From NCBI GenBank assembly GCA_021613535.1, contig CP075494.1:13268001-13332000 (forward strand): DNA of 64,000 nt, written 5' to 3'. Position numbers and translations under genes: made by a program. Positions 14,828 to 29,385 of this stretch are shown piece after piece. How positions within the stretch are numbered: position 1 is the stretch's first letter; the number at the start of each line of letters is the position of its first letter. Source of the DNA: Adineta vaga (lineage: Eukaryota; Animalia; Rotifera). Under the pieces are notes generated by a model. That model made no database searches, had not been told where the DNA came from, and saw only the letters and a list, made by a program, of their open reading frames with translations.

Positions 14828-16098
14828 ATGATGATATTGATTCCATTTCTTATCTCGTTTCTATTTTTACCATTGAATATTTTTGCGGGACAGGAACTTT
14901 CGATATTTTCTGATTCCACCTGTGATCCAAATCGATCGACATGGACTCCATGGTTCAATACACAGAATCCATCGATTAATAATGGATATGATGTTGAAGA
15001 TCTTGTTATGATTCGACAGTTATATGCAAATACTATTCAATGTGATACAGTTTTAAATGTTGATTATGCTATAGTCCAACCATCAGCGAATCAACTGGGA
15101 ACATATCAAACATTGATTAATCATGATGGTCTCTTTTGTACTGGTTCTCGATCATCACCATGTCCTGATTATAAAGTTCGCTTTTGTTGTGCATCTTCCG
15201 GTAATGTTCCAGCACCTCAATGTGGTCAACCATTTCATCAACCTTATTTATATGCATCTGCACGAATAGTCAATGGTCTTCAAGCAAAAGCGCATTCATT
15301 TCCATGGGCTGTGTCTTTACAATATAAAGGCGTTCATGATTGTGGTGGAGTAATTATTGATGAATTAAATATCTTGACAGCAGCACATTGTCTTGATTAT
15401 GCGAATGATCTTGGTAACTATTTTGTTCGTGTCGGTGCGCATGATCGATCTTCATCAGGTCAATTGATACCCATTGCTAAATTGATTCTTCATCCGAATT
15501 ATGATGAGAGCCGTTCGACAGATGATATTGGTATCATAAAATTAGCTTCACGAATTCAATTCACAAAAGAAATTCAACCTATTTGTCTTCTGGATAGTGT
15601 TAGTATATGAAGAGAGAGAGAAAGAGAGAAAAATAAAATCAATTTATTATCAATTAAACATTGATTCGTTTAGATAGTGGAACCACCCTTAGATTCAACT
15701 GTTTATGTTGCTGGTTGGGGTAATACTGTACATAATCAATGGAATAGTGGAAGTTCAGTTCTTCTTCAAGCTCGTCTTCGTGTTATTTCGGATTGTTCTA
15801 TGTATTTTGCATATGAACCACAAAAACAAATCTGTACAGCTCCAAATGGTCCTACTGATAGAGATCATGGGTTTGTGATTGATCGATATGGATTTTTTTT
15901 TAATTTTATCTTTTATTCTTTAGCTCATGCCAAGGTGATAGTGGTGGTGGTTTATTCTATTTTAAAAATGGTCGTTGGTATACTGCTGGTGTAGTTAGTT
16001 ATGCTATTGGCTGTGGAAGACGTGCATTTCCTACAGTATTCACGAAAGTATCCGCATATCGCGACTGGATTCGAACGAATACGAATCGTCTAGCATGA
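14828..16098 (+). CDS. Secreted WxxW-domain trypsin-family serine protease (3 exons)
   Basis: Signal peptide; WTPWFNTQNP...CPDYKVRFCC (WxxW/CILP-like); activation site R-IVNG; TAAHC, DIGIIKL and CQGDSGGG give a complete triad; ends WIRTNTNRLA*. Confidence 0.92.
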
Positions 16099-16720
16099 AT
16101 AGAAGCGTTTTATCATTCAATAAACTAATCAACGAAAACGAGCATCATGATGATGTCTCACAATAATATTGTAAAATTGATAGTCTTCTTTCATTTTTAT
16201 TTCAGAAACCATATATTACTCGTTTCATCTATACAATCTATAAGCAGATGAGTTTAATCGAAGTGATAATAAAGTGACATCTATTCAGAAGTATGAATTC
16301 GTATAATTGAACGAAAATTCCATCAATGTTTTTCGAAAAAGATGTTAACATCTCTATTGATTGCTTTGTAAAATAAAATCTCAACAGTGATTTGTCATAA
16401 TTGATTGGTAAGATTTGCCAATCCTTGTTCGTGTGCAATGAATCATCGTCATCTTCATTCTTTATCGTGTTGAGTTGGCCGCTTGTTGGTTCGATAGTTA
16501 AAAAAAAGAGGAAAATGTAAGAGTTCGTTCTGTCTTTGATTACTATTCTTTTTTTCTTGTTTTTCTGTAAATAAAATTTATATTATTAGTCAAAATGTTC
16601 TTTTTTCAATGAAATTACAAACAATCTTTAGTTAACATTGACTTTGAAGAAAAAGTAGAACGAATCTTCATTTATTTATTTTAGATTCATCAATAAAACG
16701 CATCTCATTCATTTTCAATA

Positions 16721-19202
16721 ATGGCAGGGAGTTCCACAACCAAAAATAAACGTCAAGAAGAAAAATATGTTCAAATGATTCGCGATTTGGTATCTTTACC
16801 GATGAATAAACAATGTTTCGATTGTAATTCTAAAGGACCAACTTATGTTGAGTATGTTGATTGAGAATTATGATCATGATAAGAAAAATATTTTGTATTT
16901 TCTAGTGTCACTGTTGGAAGTTTCGTTTGTACCGCATGCAGTGGTCTTTTGTAAGTAGATTAGAAACTTATATCGTTGAAAAAGAATTGAGAAAAACGAC
17001 AATTGTTCTATTATGGTTTATATCAAATCAGACAAATTAGATTAGAAAGAAATAGAACGAGGCCGTCAAGTCTCCGAAGTGAAATGTGTTAGACTACTCG
17101 GTAGATATTAGTCGGGAGTATGTCAAAGGATTATTGTATACTATTTTGTAATAGTGATATATAAAAATCAAAAATATTTATGTTCATATATCTATTTAGA
17201 CGAGGATTAAATCCTCCACATCGTGTTAAATCAATTAATATGTCAACATTCACTCAAGATGAAGTCGAATTTATGAAATCTCGTGGCAATCAGGTTTGAT
17301 TGGAATTCTACCGAAAAAAATTGTATAAAATTTCAAATTTAGTTGAATAAAATGGTTTATCTTGGTTTATATGATGCAAATGCTGGATTTTCACCTGATC
17401 CAAAAGATACCGAACGTTTTAAAGAATTTCTTTCTCAAAAATACGAACGAAAAAGGTAGAAAAAAAACATTCTCTAGTTTGATTTCTTCCATATGAAATT
17501 CTTTTTTATAGATGGTACGTAGAACCAACTGAAGTAATGAAACAAAAGGTGAAAGCTGATACAGAAGCTAATCTGGAAAAAGCAACACCGACTACCAATA
17601 ATACAAAATCTTCATCCAATCTTCCGCATTCAAATAATATAACAAATACAATTAAATCTCCTCCCGAACCAGCATCAACTGTACCACAAAATGCTACACG
17701 TGTTAGTTATTTGAAATTTTATTTGATAAAATCATTCTCGTTTCATTTTATTAGTCACATCGTACTCCATCAGTCACATCATCTCAACCACCAATGCTTG
17801 TATTCGATGCACCAATTACTACAACTCCTGCAAATACCACATCTCCTACATGTAAGTCTAATCAATGTACTAAATATAGAATTGTCTGTATTGAACGTTG
17901 TCAATTCCTTCGTCTTCTCAATTCAATAGTATATGAATAGTTTTAAAAAATCCCATATTTCCTTGTTTCAAATCAATTTGTTATTGCTTTTCAGAATATG
18001 AGGTAATGAATTGATTTCTTCTATAATTGCGATCTTATGTAAAAAAACAAACCGCTTGTATATATTGATGTACTTGGTACATATGCTATAGTAGTTTGGA
18101 ATATCAGTCTTAAAGTACTTTGTATTTCGTAATTGTCGTTTTTCTAGTGCTGTTTTTGCTTCATTCATACTTATACTTAAGAAAGTTTCTTCTTAACTAA
18201 TGCTTCTAAAAATTCTATTCAACAAACATTTATTTAGCATTATTCGATGATTTCTTGCAATCTTCAACATCACCAGTAGTTAGTACGTCGCCAACTAAGA
18301 ACTTCTTTTCTGGTAAATTATTTACTTACTGTTAGTCTTTTCGTTGATCCGAATTCTCTTCATCTAGATCAACCATTTACTCAAACAACCACAACATCAT
18401 CGAATGATACGAATTGGGGCGCATTTGTGGAAACAACAAAACACCCTACAACCATGCTTACTAATGTACCTCCGACGAATACAATGTCAATGCCAAGCAA
18501 TAATTTTGCTCATCCACCACCGGAACCAGTTCGTTATTTTTCTTTTCTGTATTTGATAGAAAAACAATTACATGCGTTTTAGGCTGATAAATATGCTGCA
18601 CTTTCAGAATTATTCAGTTCACAAAATACTTTGCAAGATCAACATTCTTCAATTTTTGGAAATACGGCTAACGGCAGTACGAACATATTCATTCATAAGA
18701 ATCAAACAATTTTATATCTGATGTTTTTCTTCATAGGTCATCGAACATCTTCTTCAGGTCCCAACAATTCTATATTTGGCAATACATCTTATTCATCTAC
18801 TCCACAAATACCATCGTCCTCTACGAATACAGCGCCAAAATTTCCTGTTCAACAAACACATCAAACTAATATGTTTTCGTCTCAACAATTTCCACCACAA
18901 TTTCCTCCTCCTTCGAATCCATTTGGCCAACAACCATTCGCACCTAGTAAGATCAGTATATCATTATTCTAAAAAATATCTTCTATTCATTTATAGATCC
19001 ATCCAATTTCTTTAACATGCCATCTACCAATCAACCAAATCCATTTTTGGTATAAACATATTTGTAAAAATAATCTTCTATGAAACTTCATCTTTTTCTA
19101 TTCTAGAACATTGCTCAACAACAACAACAACAACCAGCCGCTCAGCAATTACCCAATCAATTTGGCAAACCACGAGCGAATTCAACAAATCCATTTCTTT
19201 AG
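16721..19202 (+). CDS. AGFG1: ArfGAP with FG/NPF repeats (AGFG1/Hrb/drongo)
   Basis: KRQEEKYVQMIRDL..NKQCFDCNSKGPTYV..VGSFVCTACSGLLRGLNPPHRVKSI; DKYAAL motif; several NPF motifs; ends STNPFL*. Confidence 0.92.
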
Positions 19203-19663
19203 AATTCTCAAAAATATTCGAACAAAACTTAGATATATTAAGCTTCAAGCACTCGTTCTTCATCATTTATTTCTTGCTTTCTCACACTCATGAACCTCGC
19301 AGAAATCTATCATAGTCCTTTTTCTTTCCCACTTCAAACAAATTCAATTACATACACAGTGAGACTGCTTGTTTAGTCGAGCAGTACGAATCATTCTTTT
19401 TCGATTAATCATCTCTTTAACTACTAATCAAACATACTGAATTGTTGCGATTCATTTTATTCGTATACAATTAGTCTTTATTAATTATTTTTTTCTCTCC
19501 TTATGATAATATAAACGACGTCAATAAAAGAAAAACGACGTTTTTTTTTCTTGTTGTTTTTGCTTGTTGCTGTTGTATTGAATTGATTGTAATGAGAAGA
19601 AAAACAAAAGACAAATCATTCATATTTGTTTTCTATTTGTACTTTGCACAACAGTTTTTCTAG

Positions 19664-21023
19664 ATGGTCAGTTTAAATACACAACATGGACGAAGTGGAG
19701 GAGTGAGTCTAGAAGGTTTTTGCTTGTTTTGCTCGCCATTCATAAAATTGATTAGTGATCAAAGAAATATTCAGCTAAATTCATTTGATTTTATATAGCT
19801 CGATTTTGCTATACATTCTAATTGAACATATTTGGAAATTTTTCATTGAAATACAAAAATATTATTGAATAAGCTCAGAAAGTAAAACACCAGGAAGACT
19901 ATTGAATATGTTTCTCTCTTTTTTTCTTCGCAATAAGGGTATGTCCTTTGATGATCGATCATTTGCTGGTGCTGACGAAACTACACGTGAAAATACACCA
20001 CTTATTGATAGTCTAGAACAACCATATCGACCGATAAAAACAACTGGTTTCATTGTGCTACATATATTTCTTACCGTAAATGTTTCATATTTATAAGAAA
20101 AAACAAACATTCAGTAACTTATCAAATATTGTCCATCCTAGATTGCTTTTATCACAGGCATAATTCTCTTTCCAACAACGATTTGTCCTGATCCTCCCTA
20201 TAATGATACAATAGGACAATGTAGTAATCATTCTGGTTATAATATAGCATTATATATTCATGCAGGTGGTTATATTGTTAGTCTTGCTTTTGATCGGTTT
20301 GTTTATATAATTTAAATGAAAATTTTGAAGAATTTTAATCTTTAATAGATTATACCATCATTATCAAGATCTATCTCGACGAGATGGTTATCTTGAATTC
20401 TATCGTCAGTCAAGAAATCTAAGACGTACACCTTTGTTTATTGTGTCTACCGGTAGTTCTAATTATTATTTCTTCTGACCCTCTTTTTTTTCTCTCTGTG
20501 TTCAATCATAGGTAATGCAATTCTTGTCGCTTTAATTGAAGTACTCGAATCCAATCGTGATGCACTTGCTCAATTACGTTGGAAAATGTATCCATGGTAT
20601 TTTTTAGCATTGCTTACTTCTCTTGAAGTACTCATTATATTAATAGCACTTATATGGTATCTTGGTAAGACAATAAAGTGAAGAGTATATTGAAATCAAA
20701 GTTATTGAAATTTTAGTTCTTACATTAAAATTTAATAAACGACGTGCACGTCCTGATGCGACACAAGAAGATCTACTTTCAAGTTTTGTGACTTCACAAA
20801 CATCAGCAAATGAAATTGGATTTCGGTTTGTTCATATTTGATACTTTTATATAATCATATACGATTCATTTGTAGTGATGAAAGTTATAGAGAAAATGTC
20901 TTGGAAAAACAAGCAGATTTAATACGATATTTACGTGAACGTAACGAACAATTAGGTCGACTTGTTCTTCAATATAAACAACAAAATGATTTTCAACATG
21001 GTATATCAAATCGTAATCTTTAA
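19664..21023 (+). CDS. TMEM192: Lysosomal transmembrane protein 192
   Basis: Starts MVSL; hydrophobic segments; RRDGYLEFYRQSRNLRRTPL; FNKRRARPDA; C-terminal LEKQADLIRYLRERNEQLG coiled coil. Confidence 0.88.
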
Positions 21024-23319
21024 ATTTGTTGAATGAGTTGTTTAAGTAATCAATCGTCTTTCAAATGATTTTTCTTTTGTGATATAAACTTAGAATGTTA
21101 TAAAATGATCGCGTTTTTTTAAAAATATGCATATGTATTCTTGATAAAAAGAAAACAAACTAGAAATAAACAAAATTCAATGTAGATTTTGATCAGATTA
21201 ATTCAAAAAATGTATCTTATTAATGAACATAGAGAAAAGATTATTAATGAATTCACACATTGCATGCTCAATCACTGATCCATTTCATGATGAGCAATAG
21301 TAAATTCGTCGTCGTCATCATCATCATCATTTCTGTCTGACCGTCTGTCGATGTCATCATTCAATATAATATTATGCAGATCAACTCCCATAGTCACATT
21401 GTATTGATAGAGAAAAGCTCTATGGAATTACTTTGACTAAAAGCAAACTTTCGGACATTGGACAACGGAATCCTTGATTATGTAGAATATTGTGTCAAAC
21501 ATACAAATTCAGCGTTGCTAATCGAATCAAATGAATACGAGACAGTCAGGCAAATCTCATGAGTTGAATACCAATGTGAAAGGCGGATCATTGACGGAAA
21601 TCAGACGAGATGTTCAATGTAGCTAATTGATATTCATTACATATTACTGTTGAATTTCTTATTGCTTTTTATTGTATTCTGGTTAGATATAGATCCGCCT
21701 TTTACATTATTCAATGTGTTGAATGATATACGCATGCATGTACGTGTATCGATTGATAAAAAATAAACAATAGAATTGACGCAACAAGCATTTCCAGTTG
21801 ATGAGAAACGCCCTTGATGAACATAAATAAACATCTTTATCCATCTGATCCTTTTCTCACTATTGCTCCTCCTTTTTTCTTCTTCTTTTCAATTTTCTCT
21901 GTATATTGTTAATGTAAATGTGCATCATTGAAACGTTTGATCTCATCCATTTTTCTATTTGGTGATGACGGAATCGACGATGGTTTAATCTTTTATTCAA
22001 TAGACTTAAACACTCTATACAAATATATGAGTAATAATTTGCACGAGGAAATGACACCATCTCAATCACTCAGTTGGCGGCGGCGTCACTAGACATAAGA
22101 AAAAGAAAAACGAATCCGGATATGATGATGAAAAAAACTGTACAGTCTATAATTAAAACGGCGTGCCGAGGATGACTTTTCCTTTCTTTCTTTTTTTTTT
22201 ATGGAAATGATTATGATGCCACATGCTGTGCTATACAGACAACCAGAGAAAGTTAATCACTTCTTCGTCGATATCCGTAACAAATAATTATTTTTCAAGG
22301 TGAAATGTAATGATGAATTTTTCGATCATTCATCAAGATACGTATTGTATCTTACATAATCAATCGAACGAATGTGAAGAAAAGCGTAAAAACAGTCTGT
22401 GTAACACCTGGGATTATCTCACAGGTGTTTTGTAGATGTGTGTTCATTCATATAGAAATTTTCTTACTGAAGACAAAGGCGAAGCATAACGTTCGTGTTA
22501 AACAGGATGTTTGGTTCAAATAAAGAATTTCAGTTTCTTTTTAATGAGACCGGAAACATTTGGTCATGTAATATCTATAGTTTAAGAAAAGAAAAAGTTC
22601 TGGAAATCAAATCAGATATTGCCAAAGGAGATCAATAGAAGATGAGTCTTTTCGAAGACGTGAATGTTCAATTGTCGTCGTCGTCATCTTTCTTGTCGCG
22701 TTTCTTTTAGCTTCTTGATCTGTCCAAACCGAAAGCTCGAGGGATCTTGTGTCTGTCTTCTGTCATCATATGTATATAACTTTGGAATAGAATTAGAAAG
22801 TTTCTGTACATTTTTTTCTTCTTCTTTTTTTTTGTTTCGTTGTCTTTTGACATGTCTCCTATTCTTATTTCTTCTTTTTCCTTCTTTCTTCTGGCGATTT
22901 TTTCTATAACGAGAGAGAAGTAGAAGAGGAGGAGGAGAGACACATAGCGAGAACGAGAAAGAAGGTAGTGGTCATTCATTCATTCATTTCTCTTGCTGCG
23001 CGAGCACATATTTGCCCATCATCATCATTGCTATACAAGCGAAGAGAAGGAGAAGAAAAATCAGTCAGTATTATAATTATTACTCTCTTTCTCTATCCTA
23101 TCCACACAATCGAACTGATCCTCTCTTTCTTTTACTTGCTTGTCGTCATACAGTTTATTTATAAATTCATTTCTATTCGGATCGAGAAAAGAAGAAGACA
23201 TATACATTCTTATGTTGAACTTTAACTTGACGTAACAAAAAAAAGAAGAATTCACCTACGCCCTTGTACACAGATTAAGGATTTCGTATTCGAACAGTTC
23301 ATTTGCAAAACTTATCCAA

Positions 23320-26300
23320 ATGAATACAACGACAATAATTTTCGGTAAGTTGTTTCTTATTATTAATACATTGTCAAGTGTCAGCATTGAGTACAACAGC
23401 CGGCATATATCCATCCTTGATTCAAATTGACAGCTAAACAATTTCTTTTTACGTGTCAATTAAGATTATTTCTTATATTGGACATACATGTCCGTTACAC
23501 AATCATCTTCTACTTGACTTCGTATTTGAAACTAAACTATTTCTGAAACAGACCATTGTTTTTTTCCCTTTACTTCTCTATTGATTAGCGTTGGCGGCAA
23601 TGATGTGTGTTACGTCTATAGGACAATTCTATCCAAGTGTTAGCGCTCAATAATGTTGATGATGATGATGATCATGACAGGAGCTCGTGTCGATCTTTGT
23701 AACAAATCTGCCCTACTTAGGAAAGAAAAACGACAGACGAGATGAACGTGTAGAAACAAAAATAATCAGATAAGGGCGTTAATAACAATAATACTTCTTA
23801 CAACATACGTGTGTGAGATAACTCCCTACGGCAACTAGACAAGAAACAATCCATACGAAGCAAAGATCCATTGGTTTAATTCATATTATTCTCTTGCGTT
23901 TTCTTTTTCACTTGTTGTTGTGTTGTGTATATGCATTGAGAGTTGTCTGCAATTCGAGATGTGCGAATAGTTGGATTGAATTACTGTGAAGAAACGTATC
24001 TATTCTTCGACGTAATTTGAATTAGTTTTAAGTCTGTCTTTTCTCTTGTTCGTGTGATTGATATCAATATCATGTTGTATTGAACAAGAAAGCGCGTTGA
24101 ATTTCCTTCTTCTCCCTTCTTGAGAATCAACATTTACTCATCTGCTGACGTTCATATGTTGTTTGTCTCCTACTCAATTGTTAATTAAGAAGAGTGACCA
24201 AAAAAGTTTGCTTAAATCAAACACATCTGTCTTGACCTCATATTCCCATTTGATTAAGAAGGAATTTCTGGTTTTCTATGTATTGAATAAAAGACTGATT
24301 TCCGTTTCGGGCACTTTTCTTTTCTATTTTTATTTCGTTGATCAAGATGAATCAAATATGCGTTTAGTTGACAGGCAGAAAATACGATCAATCTCGTTTT
24401 CATTTCCCCTTTTGACGCGTCTAGGCGATAGGGCAGATAATGATGATCTATTTGATTTCAAAAATGCAAAAGAGAAAGAGATAGACAAAAGATGATTGAC
24501 ATTTTGTCGATAGAAGACAAAAAAAATGAAAGTGGTTACGCTTGAATAATCGATGAGTGAAAAAAGCACTTTCAATGTGTGTGAAGTCAAGACTTGCATT
24601 GATAACTATCAGCCATGTTTAGATATGGGTGCAAACGAATTAAAGTGACACGTCCTATGATGATTTTTTTTGATAAAGAAACTATAGAAGCCTTACAATT
24701 AAGATTGTACTATAATCTTTTTTTTTTGCCTTATGTATAGGATTGTTATTATTCATTATTACTATTGGTTGTTTTGATGCATCGACCGTACTTAGTACAC
24801 GAACAATTACAGAAAAACAAGGTCGAGATGTGGTATTATCATGTCGATTCGATGGTCTTACCGATCGAGATCGAGTCATGTGGTAAGAAAGGCAAAAGCA
24901 AACATGAAGATCAATTCATATTTTCGTCTTATAGGTCAAAAGATGGTGTTGTTCTTTCTGTTAATCAAGAAATTTCAGGCGATAAACAAAAATATGAAAT
25001 TATCGGAAAATATGATTTAATTATAAAAACAATTGCTGGAAATGATAGTGGACGGTATTTATGTCAAAATTTTGATCAAGCTTTATCAATGACTATTGTA
25101 TTAACCGTTCTAAGTAAGTGGAAAGAAGATCGTGTAACAAAAAAATACAACCTTGATCCCACACATACACATGTCTTATTAGGATCAGACGAAATTCGAT
25201 CTTAACCGTGTGTGTGTGCGTGTATAATGTAGAGAAGAGACTTTGATTTTAACGCGCATTCATCTATAAAGCCTAAAGCAACGAGTACTTTCATTTTCAA
25301 TTTAAACATATACATACATACATATATATATATATATGTTCAACTCAATTGTGAGACACAAAAGAACAAGGTTGTATCGGCGTATATAGAATGATAGTGA
25401 AATTGAAGCCGATCAAGCACGAATATATGAACACTAATCATATATACATTGTCGTTTACTTCTTTTCTTTTGTATTGAAAAAAAAGAGAAAGAAAGAAAA
25501 GAAACATTATTATTAGTAGATGTAAAAGACGATGTATGTTTTGCCGTTTCGAAGGACAAAAAACATCAAAAGAGATATAGAAATTAATTTTTTCATTTTG
25601 TTTTTCTTTCTCTGCCATTTCTGAGTTGAACACACGACAATATCCGGAGTTGATTTCCGTGTCTGAATTTCATGGAATGCATGAACGACAGACAAACAGT
25701 AGGACGTCTATTCTCTCCTTTGGGATGTAGAAATGAAGGTCAAGTCAATGATTGATGTCTGACCATACTTCTATTGTTTCGATTTCTGATTCTAATCAAG
25801 GACATGAAGGTCAAAATTCTTAACTGTTGATGTAACATTTTTTTTCTATTCTTTGAAGTATACATGTACATCATTATCTTGGGAACAAAACAAAACTCTA
25901 AGAACGGAAATAAAAATAATCGATAGATGATGAAGAAGAAAAGGAATTAGAATGAACATAGAGATAAGACTAATCCATAGACGTATATGTATATATCTCT
26001 ATCAAATGAATAATGATCTTTCTATCATGCTGTTTTATTATTATTAGCACGTCCAACCAAACCGGAATTATATCAGTCAAATGAGACTTTAATTGAAGGT
26101 AGTTTAGCATTATTTATTTGTACAACGCAAGGAGGTAATCCATCACCAACATTTACTTGGTTAATTAATCAAAAACCAATCAATGGATCATTCTATACTG
26201 TCTCTCCAAATACAAGTGAACTACGTTTACCATTAGAAAAACGTTTCCATAATGAACAATTGATATGTCAAGTTAATAATCAAGCATTGGATAATCCATT

Positions 26301-29300
26301 GAGTACGTCACTTCGATTAAATATTCAATGTAAGTCAAAAAGTTTTATTTGATTAAAAAACAAAAGACATTTTATTGATATGTTTTTAGATAAACCTGAA
26401 ATCAATCTTCGTCATGGTTCATCATTGGTCACTAATCTGAATTTACTTGTGATTGAAAATGATCGATTAACACTTGATTGTCATATTCAATCGAATCCAT
26501 CAACTATTGAACCAATCACATGGTTAAAAAATGGAGCATCTATGACTGGTTTGTGATTTCTTTTGACTTTTCTTTTCTTCTTTAAACAATCAAATTAATA
26601 CCTTTAGGTATCAATTCACCTACATTGACATTACAAACAATTAAACGAAATGATGAAGGAGAATATACATGTATGACATCGAATATAGTTGGTCGTAGTC
26701 AAGCATCAGTTCATATTCGTGTACAATGTAAGATAAATACACTTGAAAAAAAAAGAAACAGAATCAAAGACAAATTTCTTTTTTCAGATGCTCCAATTGT
26801 TCGATTGAGTGGTGGTGGAATTCTCTCTGAGAATAAACGTTTAGTTCTTACATGTATTGTTGATGCTTATCCATCAATTGATTCATATCAATGGTTTAAA
26901 AATGATATTAAATTAAATACTAGTTCAACAACATCATCATTAATTATTGATAAAGTATCAAAATATGATTCAGGAATTTATATGTGTATAGCAAGAAATA
27001 CATTGAAATATTCAAATGGTAGTGCAATTGAAAAATATGATAAAACACAAACACGTGTCACTATTGAATGTAAGAACAATTGATTATCTTAAAAAGAGAA
27101 GAGTACTATCTTGTATACATAAGATGAATTGTTAGTCCCATATGTAGTATTATTGATGTGATAAGATACTTATGAAAAGACGAAATCTAGAAGATTGACA
27201 TTTAAATAGATTAGTTATGAGTATGATGCAAGCAGCTAATGTTTATTTATATTGAATGTCATGACTATTGAAAATGAAAAGATAGAAGAACGAAAAATTT
27301 CACACTCATATGACAATTCTATTAGCAAAAAATGAACATATCTTTCTTTGAGATTATCGATTGACTAATGATTATTTTTTTTCTCTCTCCAGATGCTCCA
27401 ATTGTTCATTCATCTATACCAATTCTTGCATCTGATCCATTTACATCGAATACAAAACTTGAATGTGAAATCGATTCATATCCCGAATCAAATATTCTTT
27501 GGACATATAATAATCGACAAATATTTCCTTCTAATAAATATTCAATTATTCAAAATAAAACGACTTCATATTTAATAATTCAACAATTACAATCAAATTT
27601 CGATTATGGTCTCTATACATGTAATGCTTCGAATAGACTTGGACACAATTCCACTACAATACAATTAAGATCAAAAGGTAACTAGAAAAAAAACGAGCAG
27701 TTCTTCTTTCTTTCTTTTCTTCCTATTGTTTGCTCAAAAACAATATTGATTGAGAAGTTCAAACATACTGATCATCAATCATATGTGTACCAGTTGTTTC
27801 GTTAATGAGAAATCTTTTAAGTTCGATCGTCTCTCATTTAGATGTACCTGAAACACCAATAAATGTTAATCTAACGAGTGTAACATATTCAACGATTAGT
27901 TTAACATGGCAAGCAGGCTTCGATGGAGGTTGGCCACAAACATTTTGGGTTTCACTTAATAACTCATTATGGAAAGAAACAAATGAAAGTCTCTATACAT
28001 TTACAAGTATGTTCGATAATTAAGAAAAAGGTTTCATTTGTAATAATGAATCGTCTTTTCTTTTCATTTCGAATAGATCTTCAACATTCACAACTTTATA
28101 ATATTACCGTTCGTGCACAAAATCGTCTAGGTCACAGTCGTAATGCCTCATCGATAAGTGTACAAACAGAAAATGTACCAATAGAAAGAGAAAGTATGTG
28201 TTAAACAGAAATTAAATTAAGACTATAATGTCCTGTTAACCTTTAGATTTACCACAAATTGAATATGCTACGATACATTTCTCAGAGGAAACACTTGATT
28301 ATCGTTTGAATAATTTTACTTTTCTTTCCTTGAAAGTTCCACTATGTATTCGAATTGATATTTCGAATCAATCAAATCTTTGTGAACGTATTGTTACATC
28401 AAGTGGAATTATAAAATTAGAGAAAAGTGATTTATTAAATGTTCAAAATGTTTCGATTTGTCTTGATCAATATGAAGATTATTGTAGCAATTCTGTTGGT
28501 GTTGAAATGAGTATGAATGAATATGATTTGTTCAACATAGAATTTATTTTGTTCCTTCTTAGAACGTGAAGTCGCATTTAATTGGATATTTATTTTAATT
28601 GCTTCGATTATTATCGTATTTTTTCTTATTCTTTGTGCTCTATGCATATTTTGTTTTGTACAAAATCATAAACGACGACGAAACAGTAATGCTCATACGA
28701 GTAAGCAGATCAATTTGTTTATTCTGAACGTATTTGTTTTCATAATGATCCTTTTTTTTTAGTCACTTCTTCAATTAAAAAACCGCCAATCGTGATTGAA
28801 TCTATTCCAAGGTAAGAAGAAAAATAGGAATGAAATATTATTTGTACGAAACTTCTCTTTTTCTTTAGTCCAACAAAATTATTTTCTTATCCAGAACAAC
28901 ATCTTCATTCATCGTTTTCGAAAATTGCTGAAATCCAAAAACTTGATCAATATAAAGATAAACAAACAAATCGTTTGATTGTTACAACAACAACAACAGC
29001 CGCCGCAGCTATGAATGGACATTGTTCGAGTAATGCAAGTGGTTCAAGTGATCCAATCTTATTATCAAATCCAAATTCATCATCGTTATCGGGCAGTGAT
29101 CAATTAACAGTTACCGATTTCTATCCATCAACAAATCCGACAGATTTATCTTATAAATCATATACAAATCCAACTGATTTACCATTATCATCTGCTCAAA
29201 ATGATCTACTTTGGACACAATCACAATATGGTAGTTATGGTTTTCCATTTTACACTCCAACAAGTAATATACATGAAGTAGTATCAAATAAACATATCAA

Positions 29301-29385
29301 AGAAGATAGTGCTGAAAGTGGTTATTCAACCCCATCGAAAACTCATTATCAAAACAAGAAAACTGTCTATGAAGTTGTCGTATGA
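23320..29385 (+). CDS. Ig-superfamily adhesion receptor (5 Ig + FN3 + TM; nephrin/echinoid/sidestep-like)
   Basis: Signal peptide split over exons at 23320 and 24742; five Ig domains (DSGRYLC, GGNPSP, DEGEYTC, DSGIYMC, DYGLYTC); FN3 with WQAGFDGG; TM helix at ~28575-28660; cytoplasmic tail ending in PDZ-type YEVVV*. Confidence 0.88.

Noticed and set aside
22402-22430. Inverted E-box pair AACACCTG-N11-CAGGTGTT upstream of the Ig gene
   Set aside because: Could be a Snail/ZEB-type site or a small hairpin, but an 8-bp stem can arise by chance.
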